A stretch of DNA of 64,000 nucleotides from Lingula anatina. Its lineage: Eukaryota > Animalia > Brachiopoda. This document shows, piece after piece, positions 1 to 12,200 of the stretch. The stretch's first letter is position 1. The number at the start of each line of letters is the position of its first letter. A program made the translations under genes and the position numbers. The notes below the pieces were generated by a model. The model was given only the letters and a program-made list of their open reading frames with translations, was not told where the DNA came from and searched no databases. Location of the stretch: NCBI GenBank assembly GCA_051362555.1, contig CM120640.1, positions 48,896,788-48,960,787 on the forward strand. The letters run 5' to 3'.

Positions 1-114
1 TTAAACTTATTACTGTTCTTATTAGATAAGGTTTTGAACATACGAAAGTGCTGTGTTATTGATTTAATACGAATATTTTCCCAGGACTGTTGCTTACTGA
101 TTCACTTTTTTCAG

Positions 115-3100
115 GTAGAAAAGGCGATTTTTACGAACGCTACAAAGATGTAATGTTCAAGATACTGACCAATGAGACATTGGAGGAAGAATGGTATAAG
201 CATCTCAGAGATTTCGGGGACCCGTACGCGGTAATGTCTAATTTAAATTGGACATAAATTAACAGCGCTTATATTCGTACTTGTAGTAATATCTGCTTTC
301 TAACAAGGATATGGTTTCTTGTGAAACATAGTGTTGTTTTCTGAAGGATTGGTAGATTCTCAGAGGGCTTTTGACACCACACTTTATAATTGATTATGTT
401 TTGGGGATAAAGTCTGTCTATCAACTTCAAAGGTATTGCCTTGCCATTATCGGGGGACTGGACATTAAAAACTGCATTATTGGTAGACGGTTAAGGGTAC
501 TGATGGTATAATCAAGATCGCTCTTTCTTTCCCTAAGCCCCAGTACGTGGACTTCCAGAGGTCAGATGAGCATGGCCGCGTCCGCCGCTCAATTGACTGC
601 GGCAGCCAGGTATCTGAAACTGTTCCAACCTCAGGTAATTATGCTTTATGTCTGATCAACAATTTAATTGTAATGTGATTTTAAAAACAGTAGAACGGAG
701 TAAAAGTGGTAGACAAAGACTTGCTTTCGTAAAAATTGACCATTATTCTATGATTGTCGAAAATCATTATATTATAATTTTTCCACGTCCCATTGACAGT
801 TCACCGTCTACGACCAGGAGATATCAAAGTGGTTGCCGCAATGGGAGACTCCTTGACTGTAAGTTTCAGATACTTTTGATAACCTCTCACAAAATTCATC
901 TCCGTGGTGTAACATTACAAAAACTAACATTACAAACTAATGTCTTGCCACCTGGTGTTCTCTGTTTTCTATTTTCATTTCCATTATCTTAATAGATAAA
1001 GAACTATGAATATTTTAAAACCTATCTCACGTCACTCGTCACACTTTTGGGGCAGAAAGCATAACAAAATAAGGAAACCACAAATTAGGAGTAATATCAT
1101 GTGAACTCGCTTGAAAGTGTGCAAGTGCAAAAGTACAAATTGCCCGACCGAACTCTCTCTCAGCAAAAGCGTCTGGAACATTTTAGGATAATCATGCAAC
1201 TAATACATTGGTTTACTGGCACTGTAATGCAATACTCAGACTCATTGCCTACGTTGGTACAAAATGCATTGTTATATAACACACTGTAACAAAATGCGTC
1301 TTGGTTTTGATGGGTTTACGACATTACATGACTTGCGTGTGACATTGGGGTCAACGATTAAACATTTTATTTTGCTTCAAAGCAAAGAGATTAAACCATA
1401 GATATTCCCATCTTTATTTGAAATGACATTTAGAGAATAGGGCTCCTCCTGTTCTTACGTGATGTTAACTTGCACAGTTTCGTGCAGACACACTTGGTGG
1501 GTGGGTTGAAGGTGACTCAAGTAACGAAATGCTCCGTGTTAACAATGCTGATATTTGAAGTGTTTGAGAGATTTTAGGAATTGAAAGGGAAAACAATTAA
1601 ATTTAACAGGATTGTGCCGTGAAACCCTCCTACAGTCAAATTTTAACTCCTACAGTCAAAATTAACATGAATAAAATCTCCTTTTGCCAGAACCATATTT
1701 GTATTTGTCTTTTACTAATACTTTCGCTTGGGTGAATGAGGAGACATAGACTATTTTTGTTCTTTTTGCTATATTATCAAAAATGCGTTTTTAAGTAATT
1801 AAAAATTTATTGGATAATATCTTTAAAATGAGCTCATTTATGATTTAAAGTGTAAATTTCTTCACCAATGAGACTGGTGTACTATCTATAAGTGAGGGTT
1901 TTGGAATAAGTGTGTCTATAAAGCAATATCGCTCCTCTCATTTTATGCACAGAAATACTGCACCTTAGTGACCTGTTTCTCTGCTTTCTCTGTAATGAAT
2001 ATTCAACAAGTTATTTCAATTAGACAATAACATTGTTACAGTCAATGGCAGTTCTAGTTAGTAACACAAAAATCACTATTGAAGTAAACGGAAACTTCTC
2101 GCTTTTAAAAGAAATATACTTTTTTCATTCTCTTATATTCTCCCTAAAATGCAATTTGTATATGATGCTGTGTAGTGGGTCTATTAAACGAGATTCAGAA
2201 CACAAAGGCAGTGTCCTTTGGTCTTTAAGTTTTGCAAAATACATGGCATACCAAAGATGATACTGATGACCAAGCTTGAGACACGCTGAAACTCATTCCC
2301 TGACTCATTAGTAAACTTAACATGCGCATCACCACTCTCAGCACCTTCTGTTATAAAAATGCATCTCACGAATTACTATCATCTAGACATCTTCATTGCA
2401 AAACGTGCTGAGGAATGTGACAGTATCAGAAAAGAAACCTGAACAGTAAGTTCTACATGTACATACTTAATCATCTAAAAGCGGTTTGTTGGACGCAGCA
2501 TGGTAGCTAACTATTTAGCTGCGGAGTTTGCAGATTTGAAATGTATTATTTAATAAATTTGTTCGTCAAGCAGTACAATTTTTTTTACTTTATATATATC
2601 TTTTTTTTTCAAAATCTCGAAAACAAGCAGCTTATTATCCAAAAATCCAGGCTAGGATAATCAGCTTATACATGAACACAAATCGCAATCAACACGACGG
2701 GGCATTTCCTACTGCGTGTTTTCACTCAATTAAAGAAGGATAATTATAAAATAATAACTACGGAGAAATGTATTCCAGATCGTGAAAGCCCTGTCATGAC
2801 AAGTTAAGTTGCTGGAGACGTGATACACAGGAGCTAATTGGGAACTTTCTTGTCTGTTAATTCAGATCATTTACAGTTTCATAAACAGAAATAGGCTTAT
2901 CATTCACGAAAGGGCTTTTTGAGGTGACCGTAAACAAATAAACATCATTATATGTGTATCTGACGAGCGATAGAGTGATATTCTCACGCTAACACTGTAA
3001 GCTTAATCCTGAAGTCTGTAATCTCTAATAATGATATACCTTGATTGAAGGCATTTCTCTGCACAGTGCATAATAATGTCACCTAAAGAAATCAATGTCT

Positions 3101-5891
3101 AGAAATATGAGTGGCTTAAAATGTCCCGTAAAAATCGTCGGAAAAATGTAAAAAATTTAAAAACAACGTGGGCCTGTAATTGGAGTCATTTTAGTATTTT
3201 TGAGTCCTTTTCAATGTGTGAATAAAGCACACACAGAAGAGCTGAAAACAAACTTTTTGTCCACGTACGAAAAGTATAATTCAGCATTCCAAAGCATTCC
3301 AGAGCATTTCTAAACTACTGTCATTACCAAGACAGTTTCTCCATAACTTTTGCCTGTGTGTTGACCGAAGCAAGAAAAGTCTTATTTTCCACTTCACACC
3401 AGTCCTGGAATTGCAAAAGATGTAGGGGATTTTAAATTAATTTCATTTTCCTTGGATAATAATGTGCGCAGCAGGTCATAGAGCTTTGGGACATACCGTA
3501 TATTGTGTAGAATGTCATCCCAAGGTTACATGGGATAACTGTTAAAGGCACAACCTCGTGAAGACGCCCTCGAGCTGAGACCTATCGACATATCGGCAGA
3601 ACACATACAATCTCTCTCTCTTTCTTCTCTCTCTCTCTCTCTCTCTCTTTCTCACACACACACACACACGCGCGCACGCGCGCGCGCGCGCGCGCACACA
3701 CACCGCCCCACTTTCATTCATACACATCCTAAATGTGTTTTATGGTGGAGTCGTATAAGACCAGTGTAAATGGAATGGAGCTGTGTTCACTATATAACGA
3801 TACGTTATCCAGCATTGGTTTCCAGATTTCAGAATGTCTATGAAATAAAAAGGTATATTTTCTGTCATTCCAGTATTGATTTTCACTTTCAGGCAGGGAA
3901 TGGAATTCTTGCCTGGACGGTTTTGGGGTGTTTGACGGAATATAGAGGGCGCTCATGGAGGTAAAGTTGATTCGATTATGCGAAAAAACTAGCAAGTATT
4001 TAGCCTATGAATGATGTATATTTTAAGCGAGAACATGTATAATAATTGAATTTACCCTCCGGTACAATCAGATAAAAATCCTGTGGGGGGATCTATCTCC
4101 TTGAATATGTAAAGATGGTTTGCATTGATTTTTTTTAGAATCGTATTTTAATGGGGTTTGATATCTGTTGCACTAAACCAAATATTTGTATAGTTTTTTA
4201 TTTTCATTTTAGCATCGGAGGAGATAAATCCTTAGGACAGGGAGTTGTCACGTTGCCTAGTAAGCAAAAAGCCTGATAACATTTATCATCTACAATAAAA
4301 AGAAAACATAGCCCTTGGTGTAATTTAGCGTGAACTTGAACTTATCATTGAATACGATGAAACACTTCATGGCTATTACATATTTTTAACCTTTTTGGAT
4401 TGATTACTTCATTTCAGACATCCTTCGTGCAATGAACCCTGAAGTCCGTGGCTACTCTCTGGGCTACGGTGACGTAGATAGCAGTGGCGCCAACCTTAAC
4501 GTAGCGGTACCGGGAAATATTGCACAGTAGGTCATCAAAGAAACTTAAAATTGTTTTTTTTCCTTTTCTTACGTCTCTCATTACACGAGAAACGTTAGTT
4601 TTAACTCCTGTCACCTTTTAAAATCTGTAGGAAGAGAGTAATAGTTTATGACGAAACGACGTAGTATTCATTTATTCTATTTAACTAGAGAATACCTGTA
4701 AAGAAAAATAACTGCTGAAGTCGCTTTGCTCCCCCGATTTGACATTGTAAACATGCGTATTTCTAGGGATATGCCACCTCAAGCAGAGAAGTTGGTCCGT
4801 TTATTGCAGGAAGATTCTGCCTCATTTGAACATGACTGGAAGATGATAACTCTCTTCATTGGCGGAAATAACTTGTGTGACTTCTGTAACGATGACGTAA
4901 GCTACTTTTTTATGTGAAAAAAAACATAATACGAAAAAGCCGAAATAGCAAGCCGATTGCTTGGAGATGTAAAAGCTTAGACTGGTTCAATTGAGTGAGA
5001 TAAAATCATTCCAACAGTCCTGATAGATAGTGGATGGATGGACCATCAATTGTTAATTCATTTATTCCCCACTTACCTGTATCTGTTTCAGGCAATATTC
5101 CAATGTACATTCATAACAGCTTATCCAACTCTTTTTTCTACCTTTATTTATTTATTTGTTTTAGCATAAACACAGCGCCGGCGAATACGCCAGAAACATA
5201 AAGGCAGCCCTTGATACTTTGTACGCTTCCGTTCCGCGTGCTTTTGTCAACTTGGTGCAAATCTTCGATATCGGGCCAGTGGCTGAGCTCGGGACCGGGT
5301 TCATCTGTGGTTTGGTGCATGAGTAAGTACATATTTTATTCTTTGCTATTGTTATATATTCAATTAGTCATCTTGATCCATTTCTTTTTTTTTTTTTTCA
5401 AAACTTGAGCCTTTAATTTTAAAAGTTCAACAAGTTTCCATTAAGTTGACAAAATCGAAATTATCTCTTACATTTTGGGGAAGGGGATACGATTCTAAGG
5501 CCCCATTCAGAATAGGGAACTAACTGGTCTGAGAGTCAAATATGGCCGACCCACTTGAATACTTCCCCATGGGATTTCTATTCAGTCTATTAGCGGATTT
5601 GACGGCATATTTGAACCTCGGGCTAGTTAGTCCTTTATTCTGAATGGGGTCTAAGACATTGAAACAAAATACCTCCTATAAGAAAGTGATGAAAACGTCT
5701 TTAGTTCTGTATGCGGCTGCGGACATGACGCGCGTAATCGTGAAGCGTTAAGGGACCTTGCCCATCAATACCAAGCTGCCACTGAGGCCTTGATCAACGG
5801 CGGACGATATGACGGGAGAGAAGACTTCACTGTTGTTCTCCAACCCTTCCTGCAGGAGACAACACCACCACGCAAAGTTAGTACACTGCAG

Positions 5892-5945
<54 letters not shown>

Positions 5946-7190
5946 GTCTTATAGAACTAGCATTTATACGTTAGTATATTACTAAAATTCTCACATCCAA
6001 ATGTACGCACGTTCGCACATACACACACACATATACCCACTCGCCAAATGAGTCAGACATGCACGTTACAAACAAAAAAAACTTTCTAAGATTTAATCAC
6101 CTCCATCAATCGTGCATCGCACGAAAAGCGTACTTTTTCTGGCCAAAGACTGTGACCATTACATTTCCTGCTTTTTCAGTCCAATGGAGATCCAGACCTG
6201 AGCTACTTTGCCCCCGACTGTTTCCACTTTAGTGGCAAGGGACAAGCAGCATCTGCCAAGGCGTTGTGGAACACCATGGTAAGTTATTCTTGGTTTCGAA
6301 ATTACAGTTGAATGGACATTTGTTTTACTTACTTACTTTCCCCTACTCGTACTTCAAAAGGATGTGACAAAAAAGATTTATTTCAGAGTAGGTTCTTCTC
6401 TCCCATTATTTCTAATACTAATGACGAATATCTGACAGATAGCTCCAGGTAAAGCCTATTGTTACGGCGGGCTCAGAACTAGCGCCGCATTTACTTCCCC
6501 TCGTTTGAAAGAAATCGTAGTTTCGCCACTGACAACATTGAAGACATGTTGATATATCTGTATTTTACAAATACAACTTCAGTAATAGTCGCGGTCTCCT
6601 CTGTGTTACACTGAATTTCAGCGTGCTTTGGAAACGACGTGCAGACGATGTACTGAGTTTCAAAGAGACTATTACTCGTAGTATATGTGATATAAGTTCA
6701 CATTTCAAAAGTAGATTGCTTCATTCTAGTTCACCAGCAATCCTTAGATGGTCCCCGTCAATTTCAATTAATTAAATCCTTTTTGTTTGTTAACAAACTT
6801 TCACATTTTCCAGCTTGAACCAGTCGGCAGCAAGAGAACCGAGTGGCGCTTGTCGGACAGCCTGATGTGCCCCACTGCGGTAAGTGCGACCGTACTTCAT
6901 AGGCGCAACTAACGCAATTTACTTCATGTGTTATTAGCCAACTGACTTTAATCTGATACCGTATGTACTTGTAATTCTTCCATTTATTCTATATAAAGTT
7001 CACTATATCAGTAGAAAGAATGTTTACAGATTCTGAGATTTTTGTGTTGTTAGAACCTGTTGAAATTACTAAAAGTAGGTACTGAGTGGAAAAATAACGA
7101 GCAGTTATCTTTTTAATTGTATCTGACTTAACTTGGTGTGTATTTTTCTTTCAGGAGCGCCCGTACCTTGCTACGGCAAGAAACAGCTAA
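115..7190 (+). CDS. PLB1: Phospholipase B1-like SGNH/GDSL lipase, single catalytic domain, 5' end outside window. Exons 115-230, 538-634, 800-858, 3893-3960, 4213-4259, 4418-4526, 4767-4896, 5165-5322, 5705-5876, 6180-6278, 6814-6879, 7155-7190
   Basis: All exons are GT-AG bounded and join in one frame (385 codons incl. stop). Translation shows [24 protein letters not shown] (block I), [33 protein letters not shown] (block III), [22 protein letters not shown] (block V Asp/His), ending [16 protein letters not shown] at ~7290. Confidence 0.93.
3611..3703. repeat. Compound microsatellite (TC)n-(AC)n-(GC)n
   Basis: Directly visible in PLB1-like intron 3. Confidence 0.95.
5499..5651. mobile_element. 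Short TIR element (MITE) with TAA target-site duplication
   Basis: taa|ggccccattcagaata ... tattctgaatggggtc|taa: ~16-bp imperfect TIR, TAA on both sides. Confidence 0.75.
5896..5939. repeat. (TC)n microsatellite
   Basis: Directly visible. Confidence 0.95.
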
Positions 7191-9295
7191 AAAATTATTG
7201 CTGTGCAGCGTAATAAGTTAAATTCACATTATGAAATTGCTTTTGATTTTCAAAATTATAGAACTATGGACTTTTGACAAGCAATTGGAAATAAAGCACG
7301 CCGAATAATAGATAAAAACCTTGCATATTGTGCGCCCCTAATTTAAACGATGGCCAAAAGCCCACATGCAGAAATTTTCTATTAAGCAACTTCATTAGCA
7401 ACATAAATATGTTAGTGAAATAATATGGAAGGCATACATTACTTCTAGATCAAAAGAACGTTTATATCTTTTTTCCGTCAACACTACAGTGGTTATTATA
7501 TCTACGCTCTACCAGCCAAGGGGCGTGGTAGGTTATAGAACAACCACGAGGTGTTGTCTGTCTGTTGTTAAGTTCGTTTCCCTCAAGGGTCTAAGGAGCA
7601 CTGATACTGAAAGCGCTGAGTTTAGTTGGAAGGAACGAAGCAAACATAAATATAAAGTTTTATTGTGATCGTGATTTATTCTAGGCTTCTGTCATGTATT
7701 ATTTACATCTTTTTCAGAATTTTTCCATCAAATAGTACAGAAAAGTACTTGGTTCAATTTCGTTCCCGATTTACATTTAATAAAGGAGCTAACTACTATC
7801 TGTGCTACCGCAGTTTTAAGGGACAACCTTTAAAAAGTACATAGAACTAATTATAAAAAGGTAACATTAATAGACAGGCTCGAGCTCGATCAAAAAATAC
7901 TTCAATCATGAATGATTTCGAACCTTAATGTTAAAAAAGGTTAAAAACTACACTGTGAACCACGAGGAAGTGTGTATTTACTTATTTTCTATCCCTTTTT
8001 GATTCCCCAAGCTAACAGAAAAATAAAAGTCCAGAGCCACTATATATTATTGTACATATACGTGAACATAACGTGACAGACTTGACTGTACAGTTCATCA
8101 TTTGCTCAATAACAATAACAAGTGTAAAAAGATCCGATTCAAATCACACAAATATCAGTGGCGGTGGTACAGAACATGAAATCACAGTTGATATCTTTTT
8201 AATTCTATCTACTATCTCCACATACCAGCATCAAATATACAGTATTCTGAATATAGGAGTCATCACAAAGCGGACGCAGACTTAACACATATAAATTCAG
8301 ATTCTAGACTGATAAGCTGTATGATGGCATGGACCAGTAGCCGTGTAAACAGCTGGTTGTCTTTTTTATATATAAAACCTTATCTTCTCAATGGCCAAAT
8401 CCAAATTGTCCATTTACGCCAGTTACTCAAATTAAACGAAATCGCATCTAAAAAACACAATTCACTTATGCGTGAATATATCGCTCTGTGACGGAATAAG
8501 ACGTTTCCACAAATGAGTTACAGTTTTACCTCCCTGTTGTAATGGCCTATAATCAGTGGTATAGATCATAGAACGCCAACACGCCTCCCACGCCTACACA
8601 TCACAGTTGACAAAGCTGATATTTGAAAAAACGCACAAGGCATATAAAGATATGAATATAAAAGGAAAGGTTGTTTTTCACCCCTCACACGGTCAGCCTA
8701 ACTTCCTTAACTTCAATTTTACTAAATGATTAAGTAGTTGATTAGTTGAAGTTAAAGCTTGATTCGATGGTTTAGAAACCTGCTTCCTACTCTACCTACT
8801 ATTTGCTACCACAAAATGGAATCCTTTAAGTTAATTTGAGCCGGAACTAATTGGGTTTCACGTTTCTGTAGTAACATATTTAAGGTTGGAAACCACAGTT
8901 TAGCGCCGATCGTTAGTATTAGCTATCATAAGCCATCTTCAAGCAGACAAGACAGCGCACATGCTACAAGAAAACTTCCCTGAGTCCGCACAGCTTTCTT
9001 TATTAAATTATGTCCCAAATAAAAATTAGAATTTAAAACGTGTGATGATGCAAACTGTAAAGACTGTAAATGAAGTATGCTGTGAGATATGGAAATGCAG
9101 GATTCACCCACATGAATTAACAACACGAAGCTGGTAATGTCGCTTTCAAGAACTGTTTTCAAACATTTCACTTCAACATGTAACTTCAGTCAAAATATTT
9201 TCCCGTGCTTATGGCTCCTTTTTGTGCCTAAAGCAAACAGAGTTACAGAAAAATACGTCTGTTTGAGGGAAATGTTATGAAGTATTAATTTTTAG

Positions 9296-12200
9296 TTATA
9301 CATCCGTAGCGTGATTTGTCATAGGTTTAGTTTCCTCGTCCGTCTCTACCTCTATAGGACTTCGAAGTCTGTGATTTTCTGTTGGCTCATCGTCTGCCTT
9401 AGAATGAATGCCATCACTTTCCTCCTCGTTAGAACACGTGAAACAAGCACTTGTTTTCTGCCTTACGCAGTCTCTAAATGCCAATAGTCGCGCTTTCCCA
9501 CCTTTTCCTTCTTCTGGGTCGTCCGAATCGCTGTCGTCTGCTCGATCACTACCACGTGGGCTGGAATCGACGTGGTTACCACGGTGATTTGGGTCGGAAG
9601 ATTCTGGGGGTTCGAAGGCTTTGCTGAACTCACGCTTTGGATCTTCGTCTTTCTTATTTTTCTTCTTATAACGTATCCAACACAAAACAAGGATAATGAC
9701 GACGAGGAGGATGATAAATAAGATTAGGAAGACTGAAAATAACAGAAAAAACGGCAAATTATACATTCCCTAGTTTACTTTCGACTAGTCAATGCATTTG
9801 TAAATAACTGATTTCAAACTAACGCAGAATATTGCCAACTTTATTCAGTAACTGAAAATTTAAGCCACTCAATCGGCACTATGCATGGAACATTCTCAGG
9901 CGCACTTTTCTTGGTTTACAAACGAAGCGTTTTCATTTTAACTGATCTCAAAAAATCTTCTATTCCGAACAATGAAGATATAGATCAGAATACTACACCG
10001 ATATTTGCTCTAAGACCCCAGTCCCATAGATATTTAGATCGATCTATCCCCCTGGGGAGTCCCGCCCACTAAAAGCAGTAAGGGGGTAATTAACTATAGT
10101 GCGCGCTCGGCTGACAGCAATTTAGCGTGAACCCCCAGGGAGTTAGGTCGATCCAGATGGTTAGATCTAAATCTCTGGGAATGCAGTCCAAGCCTTGAAC
10201 AAACGCCAATTAAAGGCAAGCCACCCGATATCCCAAATAAAATATGCATTATCAAAAAAGGAATCAAGAATTTACATTTTATAAAAAAAAATGTGCATTA
10301 TCTAAATATTTTAATAATATTCTGACTGTGTCAGTAAATACTAAAACCGTAAGTAGGATCAAATATATCATCGAACGACATTAAAGTTCTGGGGTGCAAC
10401 AAGACTGTTATTTTCAACATATAATGCAGAACGCTTATCGAACGCATTAACAAACATGTCTGCATTCTGTACAGATGAGCAATGGCGAATGTTTGTAAAC
10501 CAATGTTGCGCAACTATAAATAAACTAGTTGGTTGATACATTTCTTTATACAAACACGGGTACAAAACGATTCCAATACAAAAAGATTTCCAAATATTTG
10601 CAAAGAAATGAAAAATATGCGGTTATCCAGACTGTACCACTTGATGTTCTTTCGGCCAATATCCTATACCTCTTGTGTGCTAATGAATTTTATATAGAAC
10701 TAAAAAGCCCCTCTACGTGACTTTAAGGAGAATTTCGTGATGGTATATGACGAAAAAATGTCACATAGTGGCCCTAAACAGGTACTTAAACTGTGCCAAT
10801 CAAACATATAGAGCAATAAAATGTGTAAATATCTCTACCTGCCGCTGTCAAAGTAGGTAAAAAGTTTCATGTTGATACAGAGATCTACAAAACGTGGGTA
10901 TACAATGGGAATTAAGTAAAGGCAAACCTGAAGATCACAGGTATGATATCATGGAAAACTACTTTAACAGAGATGGTGAAGTACACGTATGACAGACAAA
11001 ACCCAGGAGAGATGAAGCGGGGGGGGGTTTACATGATCAGACACGGAGTTAGAAGAACAATGCATACATTAAGAAATGCCCCAGAGAAGCTCATGCTTGT
11101 TTTGACTTCTCACGAAGACTTTACTTTCAATCAATCTACGGGAACTGAACGGAAATTCATTATATAAGACGTGAAGAAGACCACTGAGCTGATTAATCTA
11201 ATTATCAGAGAGGACGATTTTGAATTCAACGGGAATTCAATCACGAACGCTTGTTTTGTATCTGTTATCTTAGCAAAGCTGTGGACGTGATTTTGAATAA
11301 CATAAAGAACTATCAATGTATGTTATCTTATCATTGTTGAACCCAGTTTAGATGATGTACCCAAAATTAACTAGCAGTTTGATCATTTCTTGACTTACTC
11401 AAGACCATCATGCATTTTCAATCCAGCAAGTCTTCGGTGGACAAGAAAGTTAACGTCAACTCAGGTTGCTCTATTGAAATACACTGTACAAAGCCCACGC
11501 TTAAGTGTTAAAATGCTTTGAGTAAAGACGCTTTCATTAACACCTGTGCTAATGATATCTTATTCTTAAACCTTGAATAGCATGAATGATTAAACCGACG
11601 CGAATTTTCTATACACCTTCACTCCTCTCTGGCATTATCTTACCTTTGAGCACTGTTCGTGATGTGTTGGCAGCAGCAAGTTCCGCGGCCAGTGGGTTTG
11701 GAGCTGGCAAAAAGAGAGAAGATTCCTGATTAGGTCAAATGTCTATTTAAAACGAACTTGGTTCATTTTTTTTTCAAAGGGAACTCATTTAGAAAAACGT
11801 AAACAAATAAGCAAAATTAAATCACAGAAATACCTCCATAAGAGGCGTGTTATTAATACTGTTGACAAATTCTAAATCCAGTAAATTATATACAAGCATA
11901 ACTGTAACATATCTTAATATTCCGGTAAATAGTGAAAATTAATGCCAATTCAAAAATTAAAAAAATTGCACGACACTGAACTTCGGTTCTTAATTTCACA
12001 ACTTTTTAAATAAACTTGAAGCAAAGCAAAAAGCAAATAATAGTAAAACCTAACAAATGAAAATGTAGCAATCTAACAAAATCTGAAAAGGTAGAATCAT
12101 TTAACTTCGCAGAGGCAGCTAATATGAAAAGACTTGGACTTTGTATATTAGTTCACATTTTTTCACAGCCAGAATGCTTCGATGCTGAAGAGGCTCTTTT

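Noticed and set aside
7500-7582. Possible HINE-like 5' fragment (short hairpin then gtctgtctgt)
   Set aside because: No matching 3' subterminal repeat found; too degenerate to call.
9296-9766. Stand-alone 156-aa membrane protein ORF
   Set aside because: Its start lies in the polypyrimidine tract of an acceptor at 9733; it is better explained as the last exon of the neuroligin-like gene.
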